NCBI GenBank assembly: GCA_965226195.1
Contig: OZ245333.1
Location: 562,167-626,166, forward strand
Length of the DNA stretch: 64,000 nucleotides
Reading direction: 5' to 3'
Origin: Oligoflexales bacterium
GTDB taxonomy: Bacteria > Bdellovibrionota_B > Oligoflexia > Oligoflexales > JAPPIL01
Shown: positions 52,506 through 62,270 of the stretch, piece after piece
Position numbering within the stretch: position 1 is the first letter of the stretch
Layout: every line of letters starts with the position of its first letter
Program-made: the position numbers and the translations under genes
The notes under the pieces: generated by a model
Seen by the model: only the letters and a program-made list of their open reading frames with translations
Databases searched by the model: none
Told to the model about the DNA's origin: nothing

Positions 52506-52933
52506 TACAGCCTCCCTCAAAAAATTAAACAATTGCTCGAATATGCTAAGCACCCCCACCTTGTCAATCCCTGAGACCAAAACTAGACAGTTGAACATTG
52601 CCTCGACGATAGCACGCACTGTCATAGTGTCAACGACAATCAGCTTCATGGCTTAGGTGAGGAGCGGGTGTTTTTGGAGATAGCTTGCCGCCTGTAGATT
52701 TGTCTTCTGATAAGCCACGAAAATTTCCGCGCTTGTTTGGCAACAATAGCAATAGGCGGCTACCATCTATTCATTCTGACTTTGTTGATGATTATCGCGA
52801 CGCAACGATGGCTTAAATGCGAAAGAGCATTTCAGCGGATCTGCACCGCAGCGATAACAAACACAAGCATCCTCTTGCCGAGACGTGTAATGTTCGCTAG
52901 AATTATGTTGAAAGCGAACTCAGGGGTGTAACG

Positions 52934-53950
52934 TTGATAGCGGTGCGAGGTCTAGCCAAATACTACGGAGCGTATCAGGCGATCGAAGCACTTGATTTTT
53001 CTATCGCCCGCGGCGAAATCGTCGGCTTGCTCGGTCTCAACGGCGCGGGCAAGAGCACCGTGCTGAAAATTCTCGGCGCATTCCTCGTGCCCTCCGCAGG
53101 CTACGCCGAAGTAGCAGGCTGCTCGATTGCCGACAACCCCCAAGGCGTGCGGCGAGCCATCGGTTTTCTCCCCGACAGCCCACCGCTCTACCACGAGATG
53201 AGCGTCGATGCTTATCTCGACTACGTGCTCCGTCTTAAAGTCGGGTGTATCAGTCGTGCAGACCTAGATCGCCAGCGCGACGAAGCCCTCGACCGCACCG
53301 CACTGACCGCCGAACGCAGTCGCACTCTCGGCGAACTATCCCACGGCTTCGCCCAACGTGTCGGCATTGCCCAAGCAATCATTCACAAGCCGCCCGTGCT
53401 CATTCTCGATGAGCCTATCAACGGCCTCGATCCCGTGCAAATCGTCGAAATGCGCGATCTGATTTTATCTTTTCGTAACGAACATACGGTAATTTTATCG
53501 AGCCATATCCTGTCGGAAATTACCCGCACCTGTGACCGTATCCTCATTCTCGATCAAGGACGACTGGTGGCACAAGGCACAGAAGCAGAGCTAGCCAAAT
53601 CCATGCACAGCGGCAAAGCAATCACCGCCAAGACCGCTAAAGACCCACAATCTGCACTGGCAAACATTAAAAAAATCAGCGGCGTAGATGACATTACCTG
53701 CCAACAAAGCACACTCGGAGAATACGTGCTTACCATACAAATTGCCTCCGATGTGCGATCACAAGTGGCACGGCAACTGGTCGAATTTGATCTGCTCACA
53801 CTCAATGCCGCCGAGGATGGCTTGGAAGCACTGTTTATGCAATTAGTCAGCAGTGACAGCAGCAGGGAGCTAGAAAGCGGCAAGAAGCTAGAAAGCGGCA
53901 AAGAGTTAGCGAAGCTGCGAAACAAACGCAGCGAAATGGAGCAGCAATGA
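52934..53950 (+). CDS. ABC transporter ATP-binding protein (GldA-like)
   Basis: GLNGAGKST, LSHGFAQR, LDEP..GLD; repeat-encoded C-terminal tail. Confidence 0.93.
   Translation: MIAVRGLAKYYGAYQAIEALDFSIARGEIVGLLGLNGAGKSTVLKILGAFLVPSAGYAEVAGCSIADNPQGVRRAIGFLPDSPPLYHEMSVDAYLDYVLRLKVGCISRADLDRQRDEALDRTALTAERSRTLGELSHGFAQRVGIAQAIIHKPPVLILDEPINGLDPVQIVEMRDLILSFRNEHTVILSSHILSEITRTCDRILILDQGRLVAQGTEAELAKSMHSGKAITAKTAKDPQSALANIKKISGVDDITCQQSTLGEYVLTIQIASDVRSQVARQLVEFDLLTLNAAEDGLEALFMQLVSSDSSRELESGKKLESGKELAKLRNKRSEMEQQ
53862..53916 (+). repeat. in-frame 18-bp duplication of the AAGCGGCA core
   Basis: AGCTAGAAAGCGGCAA x2 then GAGTT-AGC-GAA-GCT; encodes ELESGKKLESGKELA. Confidence 0.85.
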
Positions 53951-54675
53951 TACGAGGTGGGCTAATCATCAGACGAGAGCTACGAGCTTTTTTTGGCACG
54001 TGGAGCGGCTACATCATCGCGGCGTTAGCGCTGTTGATCGAAGGATTGATGTTCAATGCCTTTGCACTCGGCAGCAAACCAAAATTTTCTGCCGAAGTGC
54101 TGGCGGCGTTTTTTTATTTTTCCAGCGGCATCACGATGGTGGCTGCACTTTTTCTGGCGATGCGTTTGATCGCCGAAGAAAAACAATCGGGCACGATCGT
54201 GTTGTTCTTTACCTCGCCCCTGTCCGAACGGGAGTTAGTTTACGGTAAATTTCTCTCGGCATTTATTTTTCTTACCGTCATACATATTATCTCGCTCTAC
54301 TTGCCCGTGTTGATTCTTATCAACGGCAAGATTTCGCTCGGTCACCTCGCCGCGGGCTATCTGGGCTTGAGCTTGATCGGCGCGGCAACCTTAGCACTCG
54401 CGCTGTTTTGTTCGGCCATTGCCTCCGGTCAGCTGATTGCCGGTATCCTTGCCACCTGTCTGTTGGTGACGATGCTTATCATGTGGATTCTATCAGGCGT
54501 AGTAGAAGAACCTTTTAAGGCACTGTTCTCCTACCTCGCCCTGCACAACGATCACTTCAACCCTTTCAGCAAAGGACTGGTTAACACCAAACATATTATC
54601 TATTACCTGAGCGTAATCGTCTTTTTCCTCGAATGCACTGTGCGCGTACTAAAAGTGCGGAGGTGGCAGGGATGA
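53947..54675 (+). CDS. ABC-2 permease (GldF-like)
   Basis: MRLIAEEKQSGT..P....V.GKF; 6 TM. Confidence 0.9.
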   Translation: MIRGGLIIRRELRAFFGTWSGYIIAALALLIEGLMFNAFALGSKPKFSAEVLAAFFYFSSGITMVAALFLAMRLIAEEKQSGTIVLFFTSPLSERELVYGKFLSAFIFLTVIHIISLYLPVLILINGKISLGHLAAGYLGLSLIGAATLALALFCSAIASGQLIAGILATCLLVTMLIMWILSGVVEEPFKALFSYLALHNDHFNPFSKGLVNTKHIIYYLSVIVFFLECTVRVLKVRRWQG

Positions 54676-56540
54676 ATTGGTTGCGGCTGTTCTCTATCAT
54701 TCTCGGCACATTGCTTTACTACGCCGCCATGCGTTACTTCACCGCCAGTGACTATCTGTGGCACATGGTTGCTGCGGGGGTGGTACTCGCTGGCGGCGGG
54801 CCGCTGTTCACCGCGCTGCACATGTATAGCTGCAAGCGCAAAGGTTTTGTAGGAGAGGCACACAGCTACTGTTATACGCTTGTCTGGCAAGGTCTGCTAA
54901 TTTTAGCGTTGATCGCTTATCTTTTTTATTTTTTGGCCACGAAAGATGCCCCTCAGATAGATACTTTTGTCAAAAAATTATTGCTGGTGCTGTGGTTATT
55001 GCCGTTGGTCGTTGCCGTGAGCACTGGCATCGGCATGGAATTCAACCTCAGTGCGAGTGGACGCGGACGCTTTGGCGAGCCGCAGCGGGTGCTAAAATCA
55101 GGTATGGCTTGGTCGTTAGCTGGCGTGTTGCTGGCGATTTTGCTCAACGTCAATTATCTCGCGGTCGAGCATAACCACGTCTCCGACTGGAGTTATCTAA
55201 AAGTTACTTCCGTCAGCAAAACCACACAGGCAATGGTCAATGATCTCGATAAAAAACTAGAGGTCTACGCTTTTTTTACCCAAGACAACGAAGTCTATCC
55301 TTTTGTTAACGAATATCTCGCCTCGCTTGCTGCAGCCAACAAGCACATTACGGTGCAGGTGCTCGATAAAGACATCAGCCCCGTGCAGGCAGAAAAATTT
55401 CGCGTCCATCGCAACGGTAACCTCGTCCTCACACAAATGCAGACACATGCGGTGGAAGATAAGACTGACAACAAGCAGAGCACACCGCAATACGAAAAAA
55501 TATATCTCGGCACAGAATTGCGCATTGCCCGTGCCAAGCTGCGCGGGCTGGATGCGTGGTTTCAAAAGGCATTGTTGCAGCTGCTAGCCGATCCTCGCAA
55601 AGTTTATTTCAGCCGCGGGCACGGCGAGTTTACCTGGGATTATCAACGTGACCCGCGCCGTTCGTTGCGGGTGGTACGCTCGCTGCTCAAAAAACAAAAC
55701 TTTCGTCTGCGCGCACTGGGACTCAACAAGGGCAGTGGCCGAGCCTTGCCCGACGATGTCGGACTTGTGATTGTCGCGGGGCCGACGGAAGCTTTCCTCA
55801 AAGAAGAAGTGAACGCCTTGCGCACTTATCTTGCCGCGGGTGGTAAGGCGATGGTGCTACTCGATGTCGAGCGGGCGACAGGCTTAGCAACTACCGAACT
55901 CGATGTCTATCCGCTGCTTAATTTTTTGCGTGACGAGGTCGGTTTGCAGTTCAAGGCAGAGGTGCTAGCCAACGATCGCAGCTATGTGGTAGCAACAAAA
56001 AGCGCGACCGATCGCTGGTTTCTGGTTAGCAACAATTTCACCGCGCACGAAGCTGTCTCAACGATGGCTGATTACGACGAACAAGTTGCCGTATTATTTT
56101 TTCAAAGCGGCTACTTTGCAGTGAAGGGCGGTAATGGCGAGTGGCAAACACAGGCAGCAATGAAAGCCTTGCCCAGCACCTTTGTTGATAAGAACAAAAA
56201 TTTTACTTTTGATAAAGACAGCGAGACACGGGCCGCCTTCGACATCTGTGCCGCGGCGGAGTGGCGCGAGAAAGGCGGACGCATCTTCGCCTGTGCCGAT
56301 GCAACCCTAGTAGCGGACATTTTGATGCAGGCAGCGGGCAACAAGCTGCTGTTTGTGGACAGCTTGCAGTGGCTGATGGGGGATAAGTACCGCGGTGCGG
56401 CTGCATCCGAAGAGGACAAGAAAATTATCCACAGTCGAGACGAAGACTTGGTGGTGTTCTACAGCACCATCCTCGCCGTGCCCTTGCTGCTGTTGTTGGG
56501 AGGAACACTAGCAACAAGACGCAGGAAGGGGCGGCCGTGA
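54672..56540 (+). CDS. GldG-like ABC auxiliary component
   Basis: 4 TM; VYF..GHGE; I.AGP; N..LF......L; C-terminal TM. Confidence 0.85.
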   Translation: MNWLRLFSIILGTLLYYAAMRYFTASDYLWHMVAAGVVLAGGGPLFTALHMYSCKRKGFVGEAHSYCYTLVWQGLLILALIAYLFYFLATKDAPQIDTFVKKLLLVLWLLPLVVAVSTGIGMEFNLSASGRGRFGEPQRVLKSGMAWSLAGVLLAILLNVNYLAVEHNHVSDWSYLKVTSVSKTTQAMVNDLDKKLEVYAFFTQDNEVYPFVNEYLASLAAANKHITVQVLDKDISPVQAEKFRVHRNGNLVLTQMQTHAVEDKTDNKQSTPQYEKIYLGTELRIARAKLRGLDAWFQKALLQLLADPRKVYFSRGHGEFTWDYQRDPRRSLRVVRSLLKKQNFRLRALGLNKGSGRALPDDVGLVIVAGPTEAFLKEEVNALRTYLAAGGKAMVLLDVERATGLATTELDVYPLLNFLRDEVGLQFKAEVLANDRSYVVATKSATDRWFLVSNNFTAHEAVSTMADYDEQVAVLFFQSGYFAVKGGNGEWQTQAAMKALPSTFVDKNKNFTFDKDSETRAAFDICAAAEWREKGGRIFACADATLVADILMQAAGNKLLFVDSLQWLMGDKYRGAAASEEDKKIIHSRDEDLVVFYSTILAVPLLLLLGGTLATRRRKGRP

Positions 56541-57553
56541 ACAGAGAATATCTTATCTACGGCGTATTGCTTGTATTGAGCTTACTTGGTGCTTATCTGT
56601 CTTCAATCGCTGATAAGACAGTCGGCGAGCGGGCCGAGATTACCGTTTTTAGCGTAGCACTGACAGACATCGAAAGCGGGCACTACTATTCGCTGGAGAA
56701 GGATTTTAGTCTAACACGTGCGTCGGACGGTGAGCAGGTCGTGGTCAGGCAAGTGCGACGTATCCCTCCTCCTAAAGAGGATGACAAGGCACAGGCACGA
56801 GAGGAGAAGAGTGTTTTTCTTGCCAACGAAGATTTCACCACGGTGTTTGAAAGTTTTACCCCCTTGCTAGCCAAACGCAATCTCGGCAAGGCAGACGCAA
56901 TCGATCTCGCCTTATTTGGACTGAAAGAAGGCAAGGCACGCTTGGTTTTACCAACAAAGGCTAAGACACAGGGCAGTATTGAGCTTGACATCGGCAAGAA
57001 AAGCTATGGCAGTGCTGAGTTTTACATCCAGTATGGTGGCATCGTGTACCTCGTTATGGGTCGTAGTATCGATAAGATTGCACGAGCACGGGCACTACTG
57101 TTTGAAGAACAGTTGATGGCGGTTGCCTTCACCGATGGTGTAACAGCTGAACTGCAAGCTGACGGCAATCGCATGACAGCGGTGTTACAAGGCACGTTGG
57201 CAGAATTGCGACACGGGCGTGAGCGCAGCAAGGGTGATGGCAAGTGGTTAGTGAACGGCAAGGAGCAAAAGCAGTTTGGTAATTGGCTGCGGCGTTTACG
57301 GATGATAGAAGTTATGGCTTATCGGGAGCAATTACCTGCTGAGGCTAAAGAGTTAATGACACTCGTATTGCACCAAGACAACGACGAACTAGAACATCTG
57401 CGTTTTTGGCATCTTCAAACTGCAACTAAGGAGAATGTATTTTTAGTGCAAAGTAAATTCAGCGGCGATCTCTACGCCGAGTTACCTGCAGGACGCATGC
57501 TGCAGTTAACCCACGACCTGCGTAAGGGCGGGTTCGTGCAAGCACTGCAGTAA
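56537..57553 (+). CDS. DUF4340-like protein
   Basis: N-terminal TM; L..FGL, L.IG; follows GldG-like gene. Confidence 0.65.
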   Translation: MNREYLIYGVLLVLSLLGAYLSSIADKTVGERAEITVFSVALTDIESGHYYSLEKDFSLTRASDGEQVVVRQVRRIPPPKEDDKAQAREEKSVFLANEDFTTVFESFTPLLAKRNLGKADAIDLALFGLKEGKARLVLPTKAKTQGSIELDIGKKSYGSAEFYIQYGGIVYLVMGRSIDKIARARALLFEEQLMAVAFTDGVTAELQADGNRMTAVLQGTLAELRHGRERSKGDGKWLVNGKEQKQFGNWLRRLRMIEVMAYREQLPAEAKELMTLVLHQDNDELEHLRFWHLQTATKENVFLVQSKFSGDLYAELPAGRMLQLTHDLRKGGFVQALQ

Positions 57554-57697
57554 TTTTTTTATCTGCTTTTCACAGCTGTTTTTTTTCATCTGCTTGCGCA
57601 TTTTGTTTTTTCATCTGCTGTTGCAGATGACTGTGTCGATACTCACTACGCTCGCATGGCTTTTTGCCGCTTTCTAGCTCCCTGCTTTTTGTTAGCT

Positions 57698-57885
57698 TTA
57701 TGATATATGATTTGCCTTGGATGCTGCCGTAGGTGCTAAACAATGCATATTACTTATGTCCACCTCTCTTGCATGCGAGACCTGCTTGCGCTCCTTGGCA
57801 GGAGCCTATCGGAGTCGCAACAGGCTCTCGCCTGCAGGGCACACAGTAGAGGTAGACAGCATCCAAGACAAATCATATATCATAA
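57698..57885. ncRNA. 188-nt rod-shaped structured RNA candidate (6S-like architecture)
   Basis: 31-nt terminal inverted repeat (29/31), asymmetric central bubble, bulged apical stem 57770-57835. Confidence 0.5.
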
Positions 57886-58190
57886 GCCTCTAAAGCCGCG
57901 AGTATGGATTCGGGTTTTAGTTTTGGAAATAGTGCTCGTTACAAGACTGTCAGTGATAAGTACTGTATCTAAGTGCATGAAGCGAGCTAGAAAGCAAGCG
58001 TTACAAAAAGGCGGCGTAGCGGGGTTTGGTTTTTATTTTTGGCATAGTGCTGGCTGCAAGCTTTCTCATATTTGCTATGGTGCTTAAAACATATAGAGCA
58101 TCCCCCTCCTCTTCAACCGCCGACCGTACCCCATCTCAGGGAGGTGTTGAAGAGGAGGGGGATGCTCTATACTTAACACCGAAACAAAGA

Positions 58191-58570
58191 AGGGGTGTGG
58201 AGCTAGGCGTGCCTTCGGGCACGCCTTTGGCAAAGAGCCGTGCAAAGCGGGGAGGGGAACGGGCTTTGTTGCATAACTCAGGGCAGGCATGTTTATATCC
58301 TATAACCCTTTAGCAGTAAGAATTTTATAGGTGTTGCAAAGGTAATGCCTGCACCACGCACAAGCCCATAGTGTCCACAGAAGTTGACAATGGTCAGGTG
58401 CAAGCAGACCTGCAAACCATTTCACGCGAATGCTTCAGCATGAGACATGGTGCAGCAGGATGATTGCACCTGACCCAAACGAGAAGTCTGCGAACACGCA
58501 GGGGTGTGGAGCTAGGCGTGCCTTCGGGCACGCCTTTGGCAAAGAGCCGCGCAAAGCGGGGAGGGGAACG
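58191..58570. mobile_element. one-ended inverted copy of MITE 371-743, flanked by direct copies of a 70-bp hairpin module
   Basis: TIR at 58262-58276; 58262-58570 is the near-identical reverse complement of 436-743; 58191-58261 matches 58500-58570. Confidence 0.85.
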
Positions 58571-58836
58571 CCAAACGGAGCGAGACAACATAGGGGGAGG
58601 TCACATTAGCAATGTGCATGTGCACAAGAAGCGAGCGGAGTGCAGGGGTCAGCGAAGCTAACGCTCCCCACATATAAACAAACGCAAACCTTGATGCGAA
58701 ATTTGGTTTTTATTGCGGAGAGAAGTAGGCAAGTAGGCAAGCACGTCCACTTATAGGCAAGTAAAAAAATCACCCAAACACCTTGAATTGAAAAAATCAG
58801 TACTCAAGTGGTCGATTTATCGGCATACTTGTCTAC

Positions 58837-59220
58837 ATGTTAGCTTTGCGTGAAATCATCTATGCGTTCTTGCTCGTAGCCTTGCTGCACAGCATTGTGA
58901 TCTGCTTCAACGAGCTAACCGCACTGCTGGCCGACAGCGACGCGCTGTTTGCGCAAGCGTATCAGTTGCACCGCTGTGGACGATTGCTCGCGGCACAAGA
59001 AAACTTGCGTGCCAGCGTCGCAACTATCCACTACTATCGGCCTGAGTTACCTGCTGCGACGAAGGCACGTCTCGCCGCGGCGCGGCGTAATTTTCACCAC
59101 AACTATCCCCTCGCGTCCTGTGCGGAAGTTGCTGCCCAGATAGAAGTATATCGCCATGATAACGACCAGCTGCCGGAGTTTTGGCCTAACTATGCGTTTC
59201 ATTTGCAAACAAAACCGTAG
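58837..59220 (+). CDS. hypothetical protein, N-terminal TM
   Basis: First of three overlapping small ORFs with N-terminal anchors. Confidence 0.5.
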   Translation: MLALREIIYAFLLVALLHSIVICFNELTALLADSDALFAQAYQLHRCGRLLAAQENLRASVATIHYYRPELPAATKARLAAARRNFHHNYPLASCAEVAAQIEVYRHDNDQLPEFWPNYAFHLQTKP

Positions 59221-59569
59221 CGGCACAATCAATGTACTGCTACTGGGGATAATCGCACTGCTGAGCTTATCCCTGCTACTACACCTCAGCGTTCTGACCT
59301 TGCAGCGGATAGACAGCAGGTGGCAACAGTTGAACGACGACACGCCATCATCAGCACTGCTGTGTGCCTTTCCGTTGCGGGAGTTCTTGCAGGACAATTT
59401 CGATCGCAACGCATTGCTATTGCCAGATACAGAGCACCTCTGTCTGTTGCCCGCGACCGATTATGGCGATCGCTGGCTAGAAAATACACGTTTAAACGCC
59501 TTGCTCTGTGCATTGCTCGAACACAGTGACATCAATAATTTTCAAGCTTGGGGGAGAAGATGCAACTAA
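59156..59569 (+). CDS. hypothetical protein, possibly pseudopilin-like
   Basis: RSG followed by a long hydrophobic helix; start uncertain. Confidence 0.4.
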   Translation: MITTSCRSFGLTMRFICKQNRSGTINVLLLGIIALLSLSLLLHLSVLTLQRIDSRWQQLNDDTPSSALLCAFPLREFLQDNFDRNALLLPDTEHLCLLPATDYGDRWLENTRLNALLCALLEHSDINNFQAWGRRCN

Positions 59570-59988
59570 AACTCGCCAACTGGCCACCGCTGCTGTCGCA
59601 TCTGCTGATGATTGTTTTCGGCATGGGATTACATAACATGCTAATGCCCGCGCCGACGCAAGAACGGGTGCGCTTGCGCCCGCAACGGGTTTACGTCGTC
59701 GTGCCAAAAAAAATGCAAATTTATGGGAAACTACAAAAAAAACAACCGCTAACTTTTGTAATTAAAAAACCACGGCAAGTTCGCTGTGCGCTAATGGCAA
59801 AAGGTGCACGCCTGCAACACCGCTACAAAAAAACCCTGCTGCTCGACTTGACACCGAAACAGGCAACACAGGTTATCTATCACCTGCGACAAAAGTCACT
59901 CGAAGGTGTCTTCCCTGCCGATGACCACCGTGCCGCGTCTTTGCCAACCTGTGCATACAAGCCAGCAGTTGCTTACGGTTTACCTTAA
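59548..59988 (+). CDS. hypothetical basic protein, N-terminal TM
   Basis: ORF with TM anchor. Confidence 0.5.
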   Translation: MGEKMQLKLANWPPLLSHLLMIVFGMGLHNMLMPAPTQERVRLRPQRVYVVVPKKMQIYGKLQKKQPLTFVIKKPRQVRCALMAKGARLQHRYKKTLLLDLTPKQATQVIYHLRQKSLEGVFPADDHRAASLPTCAYKPAVAYGLP

Positions 59989-60219
59989 TTTGATAGTGGC
60001 AGGAGGAAAAATACCCAAACTTACTTAGCAAAAATGTAAATGCTGGCACGCACTCGTTGTGCCACTAAATGCCTGCTCACCCTAATGCTGACCAGCTACG
60101 CCGTCTCCATGCCGCGGCACCCAAATCAGATGATGCAAGCGGAGCACCGCTTTGACAAACATACTGGAGGTTGATAAAAGCGGCGCGGCGATGGTAGGTA
60201 TACTGTTCGGGGCATGGTA

Positions 60220-61281
60220 ATGAAACAACCACACACGTTGCTAACAGGGCTGATTGTTCTGCTGTCGTTGCTCGGCAACGGCGGCTGTGCAGCTCAGGCT
60301 GCATCTAAACTCAAACAACTATCGGACAAGCAGGTGATGCTACCGTTGAAAAAAACGATAACGAGTGCACTAGTCGCACTGTTGTTAGCAACGGGGACGT
60401 ATCAGCCTTTGGGCAAGATGCAAGCTGAACCCGCGGTTGAGGTCAAAATAATCGCCCCTGGCTTTAGAGTGCCACACTGGAGACTTGCAGGGCGCATCGA
60501 GCAACTCAAAGCTCGCGGTTTCCAAGTTTCCCTCGCCCAACCTAGCAACAACAGCATTGAGGCACGCAAGCAAGCCTTAATCGAAGCGTTGACTGACCCT
60601 GACTGTGTCAACTTTGTCTGTGCACGGGGTGGTTACGGCACTTCCGACCTGTTGCCGTATATCCCTTACGATGACTTGGATAATCCGAAACTGGTCATCG
60701 GTTACTCAGACATCTCCTCACTCATCAGTGCATTGTGGACGCAGCGTGGCATCATCGGCATCAGTGGGCCGATGCCCGGTGCGGTGACGTGGAACATCGG
60801 CAGCGAAGAGATGCGCGTCCTGCTCGGCATTATGCGCGGCACTGTCACAACAGGCAACATGCCTGTGCAACGGCAAGAAAACAGCAACACGAACGACAAC
60901 ACGATAGAGGGCACGCTGTTTGGCGGTGACATGTCTGTTTTGACCAACTTGATCGGCACACCCTACATGCCAGCCGCACTCGACGGCTATATCGTTTTTC
61001 TTGAAGCTGTAGGTGAAAACACCTATCGTATCATGCGTTACCTCAATCAATGGCAACAGAGTGGCATGCTAGACGGTGTGCGTGCCATAGTTCTTGGTCG
61101 ATTTGACAAACTCGGCGGCAACCAAGCTAATCTCTACAAACGTTTCGCCGCCCGTGTCAGTTGTCCTGTTTATACCACCAGTTCTTTCGGGCATCGCCAC
61201 CCGCTCTACCCAATACCCGTCGGTGGGCACGGAAAGATAGCTGACGGCAAACTAATCTGGCAACTGCCCGAACCGCGATGA
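60220..61281 (+). CDS. LD-carboxypeptidase (S66) with tandem signal-peptide-like leader
   Basis: RGGYG, GYSDIS (Ser), FLEA (Glu), FGH (His). Confidence 0.9.
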   Translation: MKQPHTLLTGLIVLLSLLGNGGCAAQAASKLKQLSDKQVMLPLKKTITSALVALLLATGTYQPLGKMQAEPAVEVKIIAPGFRVPHWRLAGRIEQLKARGFQVSLAQPSNNSIEARKQALIEALTDPDCVNFVCARGGYGTSDLLPYIPYDDLDNPKLVIGYSDISSLISALWTQRGIIGISGPMPGAVTWNIGSEEMRVLLGIMRGTVTTGNMPVQRQENSNTNDNTIEGTLFGGDMSVLTNLIGTPYMPAALDGYIVFLEAVGENTYRIMRYLNQWQQSGMLDGVRAIVLGRFDKLGGNQANLYKRFAARVSCPVYTTSSFGHRHPLYPIPVGGHGKIADGKLIWQLPEPR

Positions 61282-62270
61282 CAAACGAACCCTATCGTAA
61301 TGCAGGCGTAGATACCGCTAAGGCCGAACAAACGACGGCGTGGTTACAAACGGCAACAGACAAGCAGCACCATGCCGCAGGCGAGGTGCTGGCAGGCATC
61401 GGTGGGTTTGCCGCCCTGTATCGACCTGAACTAGGCAGATATCGTGAACCGCTGCTGGTGAGTTGCACCGATGGTGTGGGCACGAAGCTTGCTCTTGCCG
61501 CTGAACAGCGTTGCCTTGAAGGTATTGGCATCGATCTCGTTGCCATGTGTGTCAACGATCTCTTTACCAGCGGGGCACGACCGCTGTTTTTTCTCGACTA
61601 CTACGGCTGCAATGCACTGGTAGAAACGGACTTCAAACTCGTGCTCCAAGGCGTGCAACGTGGCTTACGGCAGGCAGACTGTCTGCTGCTTGGCGGAGAA
61701 ACGGCACAGTTGCCACACTTTTATCGCGATGATAACTTCGAGCTGGTTGGCTTTGTCGTCGGTATTGTCGAGCGGACACAGGTGTTGAGTGCAGCACGGG
61801 TACAGGTTGGTGATCGTCTTGTCGCTTTCCCCGCGTCAGGCTTGCACTGCAATGGCTTCTCGCTGCTGCGTCAACATCGTGTCAGCATCGAGCCGCATCT
61901 CGAACAGCTACTCGTGCCAACCCGCATTTATCACGAAATTCCTGCGCTGTGTGCGCGGGAGGTTGGCTTACATGCGTTGGCACACATCACTGGCGGTGGC
62001 ATTGCACACAACTTGCAGCGGGTGTTACCCGCAGGCTGTCGTGCGGTAATTGACACACAGCTCCTGCCAGTGCCGGCTTGGATAACGGAAGTCGCGGCAC
62101 ATTGTGGTCTACATACCTTTGCAGCCGCGCAGCGGGTATTCAATATGGGCACAGGCATGCTTGCCTGCGTCGCAGCTGAGATGGAGGCAGAGTTTCTTGC
62201 CGCAGCACAGGACTGTGTTAGTGTGGGTGAGATAGTTGCAGCGCAAGATGCAGGGGTGGATTTCAGGTGA
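61278..62270 (+). CDS. purM: phosphoribosylformylglycinamidine cyclo-ligase
   Basis: TDGVGTK, DLVAMCVND, GGETA, HITGGG, FNMG.G. Confidence 0.97.
   Translation: MTNEPYRNAGVDTAKAEQTTAWLQTATDKQHHAAGEVLAGIGGFAALYRPELGRYREPLLVSCTDGVGTKLALAAEQRCLEGIGIDLVAMCVNDLFTSGARPLFFLDYYGCNALVETDFKLVLQGVQRGLRQADCLLLGGETAQLPHFYRDDNFELVGFVVGIVERTQVLSAARVQVGDRLVAFPASGLHCNGFSLLRQHRVSIEPHLEQLLVPTRIYHEIPALCAREVGLHALAHITGGGIAHNLQRVLPAGCRAVIDTQLLPVPAWITEVAAHCGLHTFAAAQRVFNMGTGMLACVAAEMEAEFLAAAQDCVSVGEIVAAQDAGVDFR

Noticed and set aside
57698-58190. Complete retron
   Set aside because: No reverse transcriptase ORF (no YADD-like motif) nearby; kept only as a structured RNA candidate.
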